Origin: Candidatus Latescibacterota bacterium | GTDB taxonomy: Bacteria; Latescibacterota; UBA2968 | DNA: 64,000 nt | Reading direction: 5' to 3' | Assembly: GCA_965207885.1 (NCBI GenBank) | Contig: OZ242311.1 | Coordinates: 4,672,001-4,736,000, forward strand | Shown: piece by piece, positions 20,960 through 29,698 of the stretch | Numbering within the stretch: the stretch's first letter is position 1 | How the letters are laid out: each line of letters starts with the position of its first letter | Made by a program: the position numbers and the translations under genes | Notes under the pieces: model-generated | Told to the model about the DNA's origin: nothing | Seen by the model: the letters and a program-made list of their open reading frames with translations, nothing else | Databases searched by the model: none

Positions 20960-22467
20960 TTTTCCTCAATTCGGTTGGAGATTGTTGCCCAGTCGTTGTG
21001 GGTACCGATCGCGACATCGTCGTAATCGGATCGGAATCCGCCATAATCCACATCAAGGGGTATCTCCTTCACAATCGAACCCCTGGGGCGTTTTTTAGGT
21101 TCGAACAGCCAGGTGCCTACCTGGTCGGGACTGAGCGCGTAGTCCGCACCGCCGATTCCTTTTCTGTCAGATTCTGAAAGTTCGGAGAGACGTACCAGAT
21201 TGGCGAGTTCTTCCAGTACCCATTCGCTATGTGTGGTAATGATGACCCGTATGCCAGAACGCACCGCCTCAGCGAGATGCCGGATGAACGCGACCTGCAT
21301 TCCGGGGTGTAAGTGGGATTCAGGTTCTTCGATGATTAAGACTTCTCCAGGTGAGACGACATGGCGCAGGTACAATACGACGGGCGCGAGTTCCGATACC
21401 ATTGATGAGGTATTCATCAGCGGCATGTCTTCTTTCCACCCTGTTGGTTGGTAGGAAAATACGGGATACCCAGTTTCTGATTTTTCGTTGCGAATTGAAC
21501 CACTCAGGATTTCTTTTTCAAGGCGTTGGGTGAGGTTCTCATTCAGCCTTCTCCTTCTGCTTGACAAATCGCCCAATTCAAGGAGTTGTTCGATGAAGTC
21601 TGCGACAACGCCAGAGAGCGCCGGTAATGCCCGTGTGGGATGGATACCTCGCGATGCACCCCGGATCAAAGAACCTACAACAACCTTGTGCGCGTGCATA
21701 ACGCCCGTGCGATCTGCAGGGAGATAATGGGCGGGCTGACTTATTGGATTATCGAAGTAAGAAGCAATGTTCTCAGAAAGGCCTCTCATCAATTTAGCCA
21801 CAAAAGACTTTCTTTCATCACTATCTGTCCATTTTTGTCCGAACCTTATTTTGCCTTCGGATGCGTCTTGGATATACTCCTCAAGAGCGTCTTTTCCGAT
21901 CTGCAAATTGGTATCGGGAATTGAAGAGGTAAAAGCCTCTTTTGCAATGGTGAATTTATACAATGAACTGTGGCTGTACCCGGCTTGTAGGGAGACTGGT
22001 GGGAGAGAGATCTTAGCACTTTCCTTACTTCCGTAGCGAATAAGTCTTCTGGTCTCGTCAATACCAAAACACCGCATTATCTCGTCGGCGAGATCACTGG
22101 CGGGAAGAAGATTACTGAACATAGCGCGGATCAGCGACGCAATTTCATCTGGTGGAATAGTAGAAGAATTCTCGTTCACTTGTGAAACGATTTCGTCTGC
22201 TCTGCCAATCAAACGCGTGATGTCTTGCCCGTATATCACGGCCTCGTCTGGGAAACTCGGACTGCTAATATATAAAAAAGGAGGCTCCTTTCCTTCGTGA
22301 CTATTAAAAAACTTATGCAGCGCGTAGATCAAAATTGCCAAATAAGACTTTCCCGTATTGCTCGGTCCAACAAATACGGTGAGTGGGCGCAGTTCAACTT
22401 CTGCACTATAAATCGGTCCGAAATCTTTGACCGATAGCGTAAGATTTCTGTCTTGTGATGTTGCCAT
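20956..22467 (-). CDS. ABC-type AAA ATPase (AAA_15/AAA_21-like, defence-associated)
   Basis: VKDFGPI, Walker A GPSNTGKS, YLPADR, SSMVSEL signature, Walker B IIEEPESHLHP, ITTHS. Confidence 0.88.
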   Translation of the reverse strand: MATSQDRNLTLSVKDFGPIYSAEVELRPLTVFVGPSNTGKSYLAILIYALHKFFNSHEGKEPPFLYISSPSFPDEAVIYGQDITRLIGRADEIVSQVNENSSTIPPDEIASLIRAMFSNLLPASDLADEIMRCFGIDETRRLIRYGSKESAKISLPPVSLQAGYSHSSLYKFTIAKEAFTSSIPDTNLQIGKDALEEYIQDASEGKIRFGQKWTDSDERKSFVAKLMRGLSENIASYFDNPISQPAHYLPADRTGVMHAHKVVVGSLIRGASRGIHPTRALPALSGVVADFIEQLLELGDLSSRRRRLNENLTQRLEKEILSGSIRNEKSETGYPVFSYQPTGWKEDMPLMNTSSMVSELAPVVLYLRHVVSPGEVLIIEEPESHLHPGMQVAFIRHLAEAVRSGIRVIITTHSEWVLEELANLVRLSELSESDRKGIGGADYALSPDQVGTWLFEPKKRPRGSIVKEIPLDVDYGGFRSDYDDVAIGTHNDWATISNRIEEN

Positions 22468-22496
22468 TGTTGCCTCCTCTGAATATCCTGGATGGC

Positions 22497-22595
22497 TTAT
22501 TGGGCAAGTGTACTTTTTTGGAGCAACGTTTTCAGATCCTTTGGCGGTTCAATACCTATGAGCGAGTTACCCTCAGATAAGTCTTCAAGATGCAT
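22497..22595 (-). pseudogene. 32-codon relic resembling the N-terminus of an SNF2 helicase gene
   Basis: MHLEDLSEGNSLIGIEPPKDLKTLLQKSTLAQ*; the first 17 aa resemble the M-x-LED-x7-GI(E/L)P start I recall for SNF2/DUF3883 helicases encoded with DUF1156/DUF499 genes. Confidence 0.4.
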
Positions 22596-22673
22596 TAAAA
22601 AAACCTTTATTAACAAATTTTCTCGCAATCAGCACACAGGCGTAACACAACGACATTAATGATAAAAAACTTT

Positions 22674-22707
22674 CTGGATCGCGGCTCAAAACCATGCCGC
22701 GATGACG
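22674..22707 (-). repeat. REP-like palindromic repeat, copy 1
   Basis: Reverse complement CGTCATCGCGGCATGGTTTTGAGCCGCGATCCAG; near-identical to 31227-31260 and 52985-53017. Confidence 0.8.
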
Positions 22708-22740
22708 GCTTTCGTGTATGCTTTGCTGACTGCTATAATT

Positions 22741-24426
22741 TCAACCTTTCCCAGAACTCGACAAGCGGATGTCCTCTACCAGCATTTGCACGCTGGTTCT
22801 GCCCTGCCATGTATTGGCCTGTAGTGCAAAGGCGAGATCGACGTGGTCGCCCACTGACAATTCGTAAACCCGCTCGCCCTGGCGAAACCAGATTGCATCG
22901 CACAGGTCAGCACCTGTATCTACGCTGAGTTTCAAATGCGCCCCGCGGCCGATGGCGCGCGCATCTGCAATTCGACAATCGCGAGCTACAAAACGCGGCA
23001 ACTCGTTTTTTGCACCAAAAGGGGCCAATTTGTCCAAGGTGTCAACGGTTGTCAGCGAAATATCGGACGGTTTGAGGGTGGCATCGACTTCCAGTTGGGG
23101 CGTCAGTGCTTCCTCTGATAGCCGCGCTTGAGCATCTGCGATCAACCGCTCTTGAAATTCGAAATAATTTTCAGCGGGGACCGAAAATCCGGCGGCATCG
23201 GCGTGTCCACCAAATTCGGTGAGCAGATCTGAGACGCGGAAAATCGCCTCGACGATATTGTATCCACCGGCTGTGCGCGCAGAACCCGTGTAGATGCCAT
23301 TTTTCCGAAAGTTGGTACACACCAGCGCTGGCCGCGAAAATTTTTCGACCAATCGCCCGGCGATCAGCCCGACCACACCCAGATGCCATTCTTCACCGCG
23401 CACGACCAGAATGCGATACTGATCCAACCAGTTATCTTCTACCATGCGTTCTGCTTCGGCTATGCCGTCGTTTTGCAGGGTCTGCCTTTCGCCATTTAGA
23501 CTGTTTAATTCTTCGGCGAGTTTTGCAGCCTGTTCTCGGTTTTGACAGCGCAACAAATTGAGTGCCAAATCTGCCGATGATAGGCGCCCTGCACTGTTGA
23601 TGCGCGGTCCCAGAAAGAATCCAATAGAGATTGTGTCAACGGGGCGGTTGGTCGTGCCCGCGACGGCTTTGAGTGCCTGCAAGCCCGGGCGCGCGGTGGT
23701 ATCGAGGACCTGCATCCCCTTTCGCGTAAGCAGGCGATTTTCTGCAACCATGGGGGCCATATCAGCCACAGTGCCCAATGCGACGAGATCCAGAAGCGAG
23801 TTCAAATATCGGCGGCGTTCCGAATCGGGCAGGAATTCTGATGCCAGTGCCTGTACTACTTTAAATGCCACCCCTACGGCAGCCAGTCCTTTGAAGGGAT
23901 ATTCACAGTCTGCGCGATTGGGATTCACCAGTGCCAGAGCGTCTGGCAATTTGTCCTGTGGATGGTGATGGTCAATGACTACCACATCAATTCCGGCGTC
24001 ATTAGCCGTGTCAACAGCCTCAAAAGCTGAAATGCCATTGTCCGCGGTTACAATGAGTTGTGCTCCTTGTGCGTATGCCGTCTCTACACCCGACGGTTTC
24101 ATGCCATACCCATCTCGGAACCGGTCGGGTAACAAAAATGTGGCATTGGCACCTACCAGATCAAAAAAATCCAGCAAGACAGCGGTGCTCGTGACACCAT
24201 CTACATCGTAATCGCCAAAAACCACAATGCGCTCTTTTTTGCGAATGGCTTCTGATATGCGTTCGACAATGCGGTGCATGTCTTTCATTAAATAGGGGTC
24301 ATTCAAAATATCGGGAGAATCGGCCAAATCTTCTATTTTTAATGAACGGTTTGTGAGAATGACATCGGCAATAGAATGATAGTCGCCCTTATGGCGTATG
24401 TTCCATATCGGGTACCTGGGTTCCAT
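22741..24426 (-). CDS. recJ: Single-stranded-DNA-specific exonuclease RecJ
   Basis: FGDYDVDG, DRFRDGYG, TADNG, IDHH, LGTVAD, GPRINSAGR, GSAR, FGGH. Confidence 0.96.
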   Translation of the reverse strand: MEPRYPIWNIRHKGDYHSIADVILTNRSLKIEDLADSPDILNDPYLMKDMHRIVERISEAIRKKERIVVFGDYDVDGVTSTAVLLDFFDLVGANATFLLPDRFRDGYGMKPSGVETAYAQGAQLIVTADNGISAFEAVDTANDAGIDVVVIDHHHPQDKLPDALALVNPNRADCEYPFKGLAAVGVAFKVVQALASEFLPDSERRRYLNSLLDLVALGTVADMAPMVAENRLLTRKGMQVLDTTARPGLQALKAVAGTTNRPVDTISIGFFLGPRINSAGRLSSADLALNLLRCQNREQAAKLAEELNSLNGERQTLQNDGIAEAERMVEDNWLDQYRILVVRGEEWHLGVVGLIAGRLVEKFSRPALVCTNFRKNGIYTGSARTAGGYNIVEAIFRVSDLLTEFGGHADAAGFSVPAENYFEFQERLIADAQARLSEEALTPQLEVDATLKPSDISLTTVDTLDKLAPFGAKNELPRFVARDCRIADARAIGRGAHLKLSVDTGADLCDAIWFRQGERVYELSVGDHVDLAFALQANTWQGRTSVQMLVEDIRLSSSGKG

Positions 24427-24588
24427 AAAATCTCCAGAGTGGTTGATCAGAGTGCGTATATGCGATCTCTACTTGACTTGAAGTCAATTTGAACGTTAAT
24501 TTTTGAAACCAATATTTCGCTTGCGTATCTCATAGGCAGGACGGTGGGTCACGTTACACCTTCCGCTAACCGCTTTCAGGAGTTTAAA

Positions 24589-24984
24589 ATGTCAGAATAT
24601 TTCAATACAGTCAAATCTTATCTTCAAGACCTCAATCTCGCGGTTGACGAGGAAGATACCGCTGAAGAACTCGTTGTGGTGAGCGACGAAGACCGTGGTG
24701 TCAATCACCTCATTGTCGATTGCGAAGATCCCATCCTCATTATTGAGCAGGCTATTATGCCTATTCCCAACGTCCCTGGGGATCTGTACAAAAGGTTACT
24801 CGAAATGAATCGCACACTCGTTCACGGGGCGTTTGCCCTGGACGATGAAACCGGCACGGTTCTTTTCCGCGATACCCTGCGCCTCGATACCCTCGACCGC
24901 TCTGAGCTTGAAGGCTCTATCACCGCGCTCGAACTCGCCTTAGCCGATAATGCCGCAGAATTACTCGAATATAGCCATCAGTAG
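24589..24984 (+). CDS. CesT/YbjN-like chaperone-fold protein
   Basis: Small acidic protein with LLEMNRTLVHGAFALD; RBS AGGAG; directly upstream of pspA. Confidence 0.7.
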   Translation: MSEYFNTVKSYLQDLNLAVDEEDTAEELVVVSDEDRGVNHLIVDCEDPILIIEQAIMPIPNVPGDLYKRLLEMNRTLVHGAFALDDETGTVLFRDTLRLDTLDRSELEGSITALELALADNAAELLEYSHQ

Positions 24985-25024
24985 TCAGTTGACTGCTGAC
25001 CATTTTTAAAAAAAGGAGTATCTT

Positions 25025-25735
25025 ATGAGCATCTTTCAACGTCTCTTCAGTGTGGGCAAGGCCGAAGTCCATTCGGCTATTGACAAATTTGAAGATCCGA
25101 TAAAAATGACCGAACAGGGTATCCGCGACCTGAAAAATGATCTCAATAGCGCGATGACCAGCCTGGCTGAGGTCAAAGGTCAGGCCATTCGATTGCGAAA
25201 GCAAGCCGAAGACAACAAGAAGGCATCTGCTGATTGGGAGCGTAAGGCCATGGTTTTGCTCCAAAAAGCCCAGAGCGGTGATCTGGATGCTGGGGAAGCC
25301 GACCGGTTGGCAACCGAAGCCCTCAGTCGCAAAACAGAGGCCGACAGCCGCATCTCTCAGTTTGAGCAAGATGCCGAGATGCAGGAAGATATGGCAGCTA
25401 AGCTTCAAAGTCAGGTGGAGAAACTCAAATCTACCATTGCAACACACGAAAATGAACTCATTTCACTGCGCGCGCGGGCGAAAACAGCGGCTGCGACGAA
25501 GAAAATCAACAAGCAGCTCGCCAAAGTCGATTCGTCTGGTACAATTGCCATGCTCGAGCGTATGAAAGAACGGGTTGAAGAGGATGAATCGCTCTCGCAG
25601 GCTTATGGCGAAATAGCCGGTGAATCCAAGAGCGTTGATGAGGAGATTGACGCGGCACTGAGTACCTCATCGGGTGACACAGATCAACGCCTTGCTGAAC
25701 TCAAAGCAAAGATGGGGATGACTTCGAAAGACTGA
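25025..25735 (+). CDS. pspA: PspA/IM30-family protein
   Basis: MSIFQRLF..EDPIKMTEQGIRDL, long coiled coil, LRARAKTA, LAELKAKMG. Confidence 0.93.
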   Translation: MSIFQRLFSVGKAEVHSAIDKFEDPIKMTEQGIRDLKNDLNSAMTSLAEVKGQAIRLRKQAEDNKKASADWERKAMVLLQKAQSGDLDAGEADRLATEALSRKTEADSRISQFEQDAEMQEDMAAKLQSQVEKLKSTIATHENELISLRARAKTAAATKKINKQLAKVDSSGTIAMLERMKERVEEDESLSQAYGEIAGESKSVDEEIDAALSTSSGDTDQRLAELKAKMGMTSKD

Positions 25736-25815
25736 CGCTGGGTGTGCCTGTAGGGGAGACACTGGCGCACCCGTTCTATCTGTCGTAGAAGGTTCATGGG
25801 TTGCAGGGAGAGAAA

Positions 25816-26373
25816 ATGAATTGGAATCCTTTTAAGAAGAAGAAACAAGAACCTGAAGCTCTCGATCCCCTCAGTGTTACGCTGTCCGATCTCAAGCTGG
25901 GTTATGTCCTCGACTACGATCTCAAAACCTGGCAGGTTACAGCGCAGCATTATTACGATTACGAAGGTGACCGCGCGGATGAATGGGAACTCACCTGCGG
26001 CGATGATGTGGCATATCTCGAGCGGTCAGAAGACGATAGTATCTCCTGGGCCCTGACGCGCAAGATCCCCCTTTCCGATATTGAGGGCGATATCCGTGGG
26101 CATATGCGCGACCACGATAATGAGGATCCTCCAGATGAAGTTAGATGCCAGGGGGTTATGTTCTATGGCATATCGTCAGCCGTTGGATCTTTTTACAAAG
26201 ATAGCGGGGACGAGGGACAGCAGTTTATCATCTGGAATTATCTCGACGAGTCGGAGGAACACACCCTATCTATCGAGCAATGGGACGAAGACGCTTTTGA
26301 TGCCGCGGTGGGTGAGATTGTCGAAGAATATCAATTTACCAATATTTTGCCGTCAGTAGCCAGCAGCCAGTAG
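25816..26373 (+). CDS. DUF4178 (Toastrack)-like protein
   Basis: DLKLGYVLDYDLKTWQV, EWEL, LSIEQW; typical position after pspA. Confidence 0.7.
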   Translation: MNWNPFKKKKQEPEALDPLSVTLSDLKLGYVLDYDLKTWQVTAQHYYDYEGDRADEWELTCGDDVAYLERSEDDSISWALTRKIPLSDIEGDIRGHMRDHDNEDPPDEVRCQGVMFYGISSAVGSFYKDSGDEGQQFIIWNYLDESEEHTLSIEQWDEDAFDAAVGEIVEEYQFTNILPSVASSQ

Positions 26374-26470
26374 TCAGTTGCTGGTCCGCTTAACCGCCCC
26401 AAGCTATTAGCGGTCAGCAATCAGCCAGCCTCTTGCCTCTCATCTGCGTCCATCTGCGTCCATCTGCGGA
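26353..26470. repeat. Short low-complexity intergenic repeats (CAGYAGYCAG units; ATCTGCGTCC x2-3)
   Basis: cagtagccagcagccagtagtcag and catctgcgtccatctgcgtccatctgcgg between convergent genes; related unit at about 24978-25000. Confidence 0.55.
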
Positions 26471-26484
26471 TACTTTTCTCGTCT

Positions 26485-28011
26485 TTACTCAAACCCCCAT
26501 TCTGATTTCCGATAGTATCGATCTACTGTTGGCTCCATTTCCGTGCTGACCTCGATTGCATGTTTTTCATCAAACATGCCCTTCCAGAAGTGCAACATTC
26601 CCCGCATTGCTTCTGCATTCAAAAATTGCGTTTCAATATCCTCAAAGGTGAGTTGCCGCATTCGGCGAATGAGGTCCATTTCTTCGGCTTTCATTCCCAA
26701 TACCCATCCCCAATCTCCCATTGTTGGTATATAGGTGTGATAGGGTATGGTGGAAAAACCGGCGTCTGTCATCGTGCGCTCAATGCACAGAAATGCAAGG
26801 CGCGCGTTGAGGGGACTTGATGCCTGGGTTACCAGTACGCCATCGGGTGTTAAGTGACGCGCACACAGGCGATAAAATTCCCGCGAATACAATCTGGCGA
26901 GGTCTGGTCCTTTGGGGTCGGGCAAGTCGATGATGATGATATTGAATAACGCACCTGAATGCGCCAAAAATGCGCCTGCATCGCCGATTACCACATTGAC
27001 ACGCGGGTCGTCCAGTGCCCGCGCATTCGCTTCTACAAAGACCGGGTGTGTGCGCGCCAGATTGATTATCGCTTTGTCTAAATCTACAAGGGTAATCGCT
27101 TTCACGTCTGCATATTTTACGACTTCGCGCACAGCCAGTCCATCCCCCCCGCCTAAAATGAGTACGTTGTTCCGCGATCCCGATAGTTTCATGGCCGGAT
27201 GTACCAGCGATTCGTGATAGCGTTCTTCGTCATAGGTGCTGAATTGTACGTTGCCATTTAGGTGGAGCCAGTGGTGGCCTTTCCATTCTGTTATGACAAT
27301 GCGTTGATAAGCGGTCTGATCTTGATAGATTACGCGGTCGCGATACCGACTTTGCTCGCCCCATATCACAATGGGGCGGATATAAAGCCCCAGTACCAGA
27401 AGGCCCGCGCCCAGGATCCAGAATGCCGTCAATAGCAGCGAGCGACGCGCCAATAAGTGCCGATATTGCCACAGCAATACCGATGCCACGATAAAGTTAA
27501 TCGCGCTCAACGCGAGTGGTGTGTACGTCAGGCCCAATTCTGGCAATAAAAAAAAAGCGAATAGTAGTCCGCCGATCAATGCGCCAAAATAGTCTTTTTC
27601 CATTACTGAGGCGATATTGGTGCGCAGATCCTGATATGCTTCGTTCATGCGCGCGACCAGCGGAATTTCCATGCCGATTAGTATGCCGATGGCAAAGGCA
27701 TAGCTATAGATGAAAACACCTGCCGATAAGGCGAGTACCGACCCAAAATACGCTACAACCGCACAAGTGGCACACAGGACCGAGAGATAAAATTCGATTG
27801 CGATAAAGCGATCCAGCAACCTGTCCGTCAATAATCGGCTCCATCGGCTGCCCAGGCCCATGGCAAATAACATCAGCGACATGAGCAGTGCCCACTGCAA
27901 TGTCGTGTTGCCCAATAGATAGCTCGCCAGCGTTGACAATGTAAATTCCGCTACAATGCCCGCGCATCCCGTGGCGAATATACAGGCTTTTAAGAGATAG
28001 CTCTGTCGCAT
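26485..28011 (-). CDS. speE: Polyamine aminopropyltransferase (spermidine synthase) with N-terminal membrane domain
   Basis: About 7 TM helices, then QFSTYDEERYHESLVHP, LILGGGDG, LVDLD, IIDLPDP, LYSREFY. Confidence 0.92.
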   Translation of the reverse strand: MRQSYLLKACIFATGCAGIVAEFTLSTLASYLLGNTTLQWALLMSLMLFAMGLGSRWSRLLTDRLLDRFIAIEFYLSVLCATCAVVAYFGSVLALSAGVFIYSYAFAIGILIGMEIPLVARMNEAYQDLRTNIASVMEKDYFGALIGGLLFAFFLLPELGLTYTPLALSAINFIVASVLLWQYRHLLARRSLLLTAFWILGAGLLVLGLYIRPIVIWGEQSRYRDRVIYQDQTAYQRIVITEWKGHHWLHLNGNVQFSTYDEERYHESLVHPAMKLSGSRNNVLILGGGDGLAVREVVKYADVKAITLVDLDKAIINLARTHPVFVEANARALDDPRVNVVIGDAGAFLAHSGALFNIIIIDLPDPKGPDLARLYSREFYRLCARHLTPDGVLVTQASSPLNARLAFLCIERTMTDAGFSTIPYHTYIPTMGDWGWVLGMKAEEMDLIRRMRQLTFEDIETQFLNAEAMRGMLHFWKGMFDEKHAIEVSTEMEPTVDRYYRKSEWGFE

Positions 28012-28046
28012 AAAAAAATACTCGGCGGGTGTTTATACCGCCGAGT
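28012..28046 (-). terminator. Intrinsic-terminator-like hairpin directly before the speE start codon
   Basis: Minus strand ACTCGGCGG-loop-CCGCCGAGT, then ATTTTTTT, then ATG. Confidence 0.6.
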
Positions 28047-28073
28047 TAGAGAAATTTAATACAACTTCCTTTT

Positions 28074-28919
28074 TTACAAGCTCCATACGATCAGAAACGA
28101 TGCACCGACGTAAGATGTGGCTTCGATGAAGCCCGCGCCGAGATTGGGGTGTTCTTGATTGGCGATTTCATCGGTCAGTTTTTGTCCGGGTAAGAGGATT
28201 ACATCGGAGATGAATCGGACGATGGGTAGCAAGATCAATCCCGCGACGACTTCGATTGCAAAGTCCTGTAAATTTACAGTCCAGGAAATAAAATTGCCCG
28301 CCGATGCGTGAAATACGATGATGCCAATGCCGACTAATGCGCCCGCAAAAGCGACGCCCGCGGCGACGTTGTCTTTTTCGATTTCATCGTGAATGCTATA
28401 CGGGGTAATCCATTCGTACACCAGCCCGGCCAGTACCAGAGCTACCTGACCCAATGCCCAGAAAATCACGGTTGTCACAATTCCGCCAATTTCACCCGAT
28501 ACCGCGCCAAAGATCACCAATCCCGTTGCTATGTACGACGCGGCAATCACGGCACCGGTGCCCGCGTTTTGATCGTTGATTAATTCATCCCGAATTTTGA
28601 ATCCGTGCAGGATCACTCCGTCGTTGACCAGACGCGAGAGATTTAGCAAGATGATCGCCAGCAATCCGTATATGCCGATGTCGATCAAATCGTTTTCCAA
28701 TCCCTGAGATGGGCCAGATAGGGTGCCGCCGATGGCCATGATCAATCCGAAGTAATATCCCGCCATGGCCACACCCAGTGCGACGTTGTCTTTTTCTACG
28801 AGTTCTTCTCGCACGCTGTAACTCGTTGTCGTCAAGTCCTTGATCAATTTGCCGATCCAGAATAATACAAACGCGCTGATGAGATAAATACCCGTTGCGA
28901 TTAAGTCCTGTCCTATCAT
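28074..28919 (-). CDS. DUF350 (YjfL-like) membrane protein, tandem domains
   Basis: Repeated EEL..DNVA.G, ELINDQNAG, EIEKDNVAAG, EIANQEHPNLG motifs; start 28919 by ATGA overlap. Confidence 0.85.
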   Translation of the reverse strand: MIGQDLIATGIYLISAFVLFWIGKLIKDLTTTSYSVREELVEKDNVALGVAMAGYYFGLIMAIGGTLSGPSQGLENDLIDIGIYGLLAIILLNLSRLVNDGVILHGFKIRDELINDQNAGTGAVIAASYIATGLVIFGAVSGEIGGIVTTVIFWALGQVALVLAGLVYEWITPYSIHDEIEKDNVAAGVAFAGALVGIGIIVFHASAGNFISWTVNLQDFAIEVVAGLILLPIVRFISDVILLPGQKLTDEIANQEHPNLGAGFIEATSYVGASFLIVWSL

Positions 28920-29647
28920 TTTCCAAACCCTCCAAAACTGCGGCTGCCAAATCCAGACCGGCTGCGACTCGTTGAACGCGAACTGCCAAATCCACTGCGA
29001 CTCTGGCTCGCGCGACTTTGCACTTTTTGTGTGAACGATTGTCTCTTTTGCGCTATGTTTGCCTGGCGTCGCTGGAATGTCGATGGCTTTTGTTTCTGTG
29101 TTACAGATCCCTGCGTGCCATATTCCCGATTGCGTCCGTAATACGGACGTTGATCTCGGCGATAAGACCGATAATCGTCGTAATCGTAGCGACTCATGCC
29201 AAATCCGCCGCCCCAACCGAGCATATGACTCATGAGCGCGTATTGGCCGTAGAATTCCCAGAACGATGTGCCCCCGCGATCCGTCCAACGCCCGTAGCTC
29301 GGATTGCCCACATAGTGGTATCCGGGCGGATGTGGCGTGTTGTTGACGCCATCTTGCTCAGATTTGGCAACGAGCGCCATTCCCAAAAATGGTTCGTATT
29401 TTCGATAGATGGATTCCGATACTTCTATCCAGTCCGATTGTACCTTTTTTTCTCCCTGTGTTATTAAATACCGGTGGTAATACGTGGTGAAAAGAGAGCC
29501 TTCTTCGCGTATATCATCCAGTACAATCATATATGCCGGTGCCGAGGCCAGCGATTTTTGCATTTCAACGACGGGATCGCGCTCGCCGCCGCACCCGGAT
29601 AATAACAGCAGGCCGATTAGCAAGACTGGCAGTCGTCCTCGTGTCAT
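28916..29647 (-). CDS. Lipoprotein with Gly/Ser/Arg-rich tail (YjfM/DUF1190-like role)
   Basis: Lipobox LLLSGC; FWEFYGQYALMSHM; C-terminal SRSGFGS repeats. Confidence 0.7.
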   Translation of the reverse strand: MTRGRLPVLLIGLLLLSGCGGERDPVVEMQKSLASAPAYMIVLDDIREEGSLFTTYYHRYLITQGEKKVQSDWIEVSESIYRKYEPFLGMALVAKSEQDGVNNTPHPPGYHYVGNPSYGRWTDRGGTSFWEFYGQYALMSHMLGWGGGFGMSRYDYDDYRSYRRDQRPYYGRNREYGTQGSVTQKQKPSTFQRRQANIAQKRQSFTQKVQSRASQSRSGFGSSRSTSRSRSGFGSRSFGGFGK

Positions 29648-29698
29648 AATTCCTCCTTTGTTTTATTTAAGATACCTCAATATCAGTTTTGTGCAATA

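Noticed and set aside
25741-25773. Hairpin GGGTGTGCC...GGCGCACCC after pspA as an ncRNA
   Set aside because: Single stem with no further support; likely an mRNA-stabilising or weak terminating element
28920-29288. N-terminal 123 aa of the 404-aa ORF 28074-29288
   Set aside because: Off-frame overlap with the lipoprotein gene; the DUF350 start is the ATGA-coupled ATG at 28919
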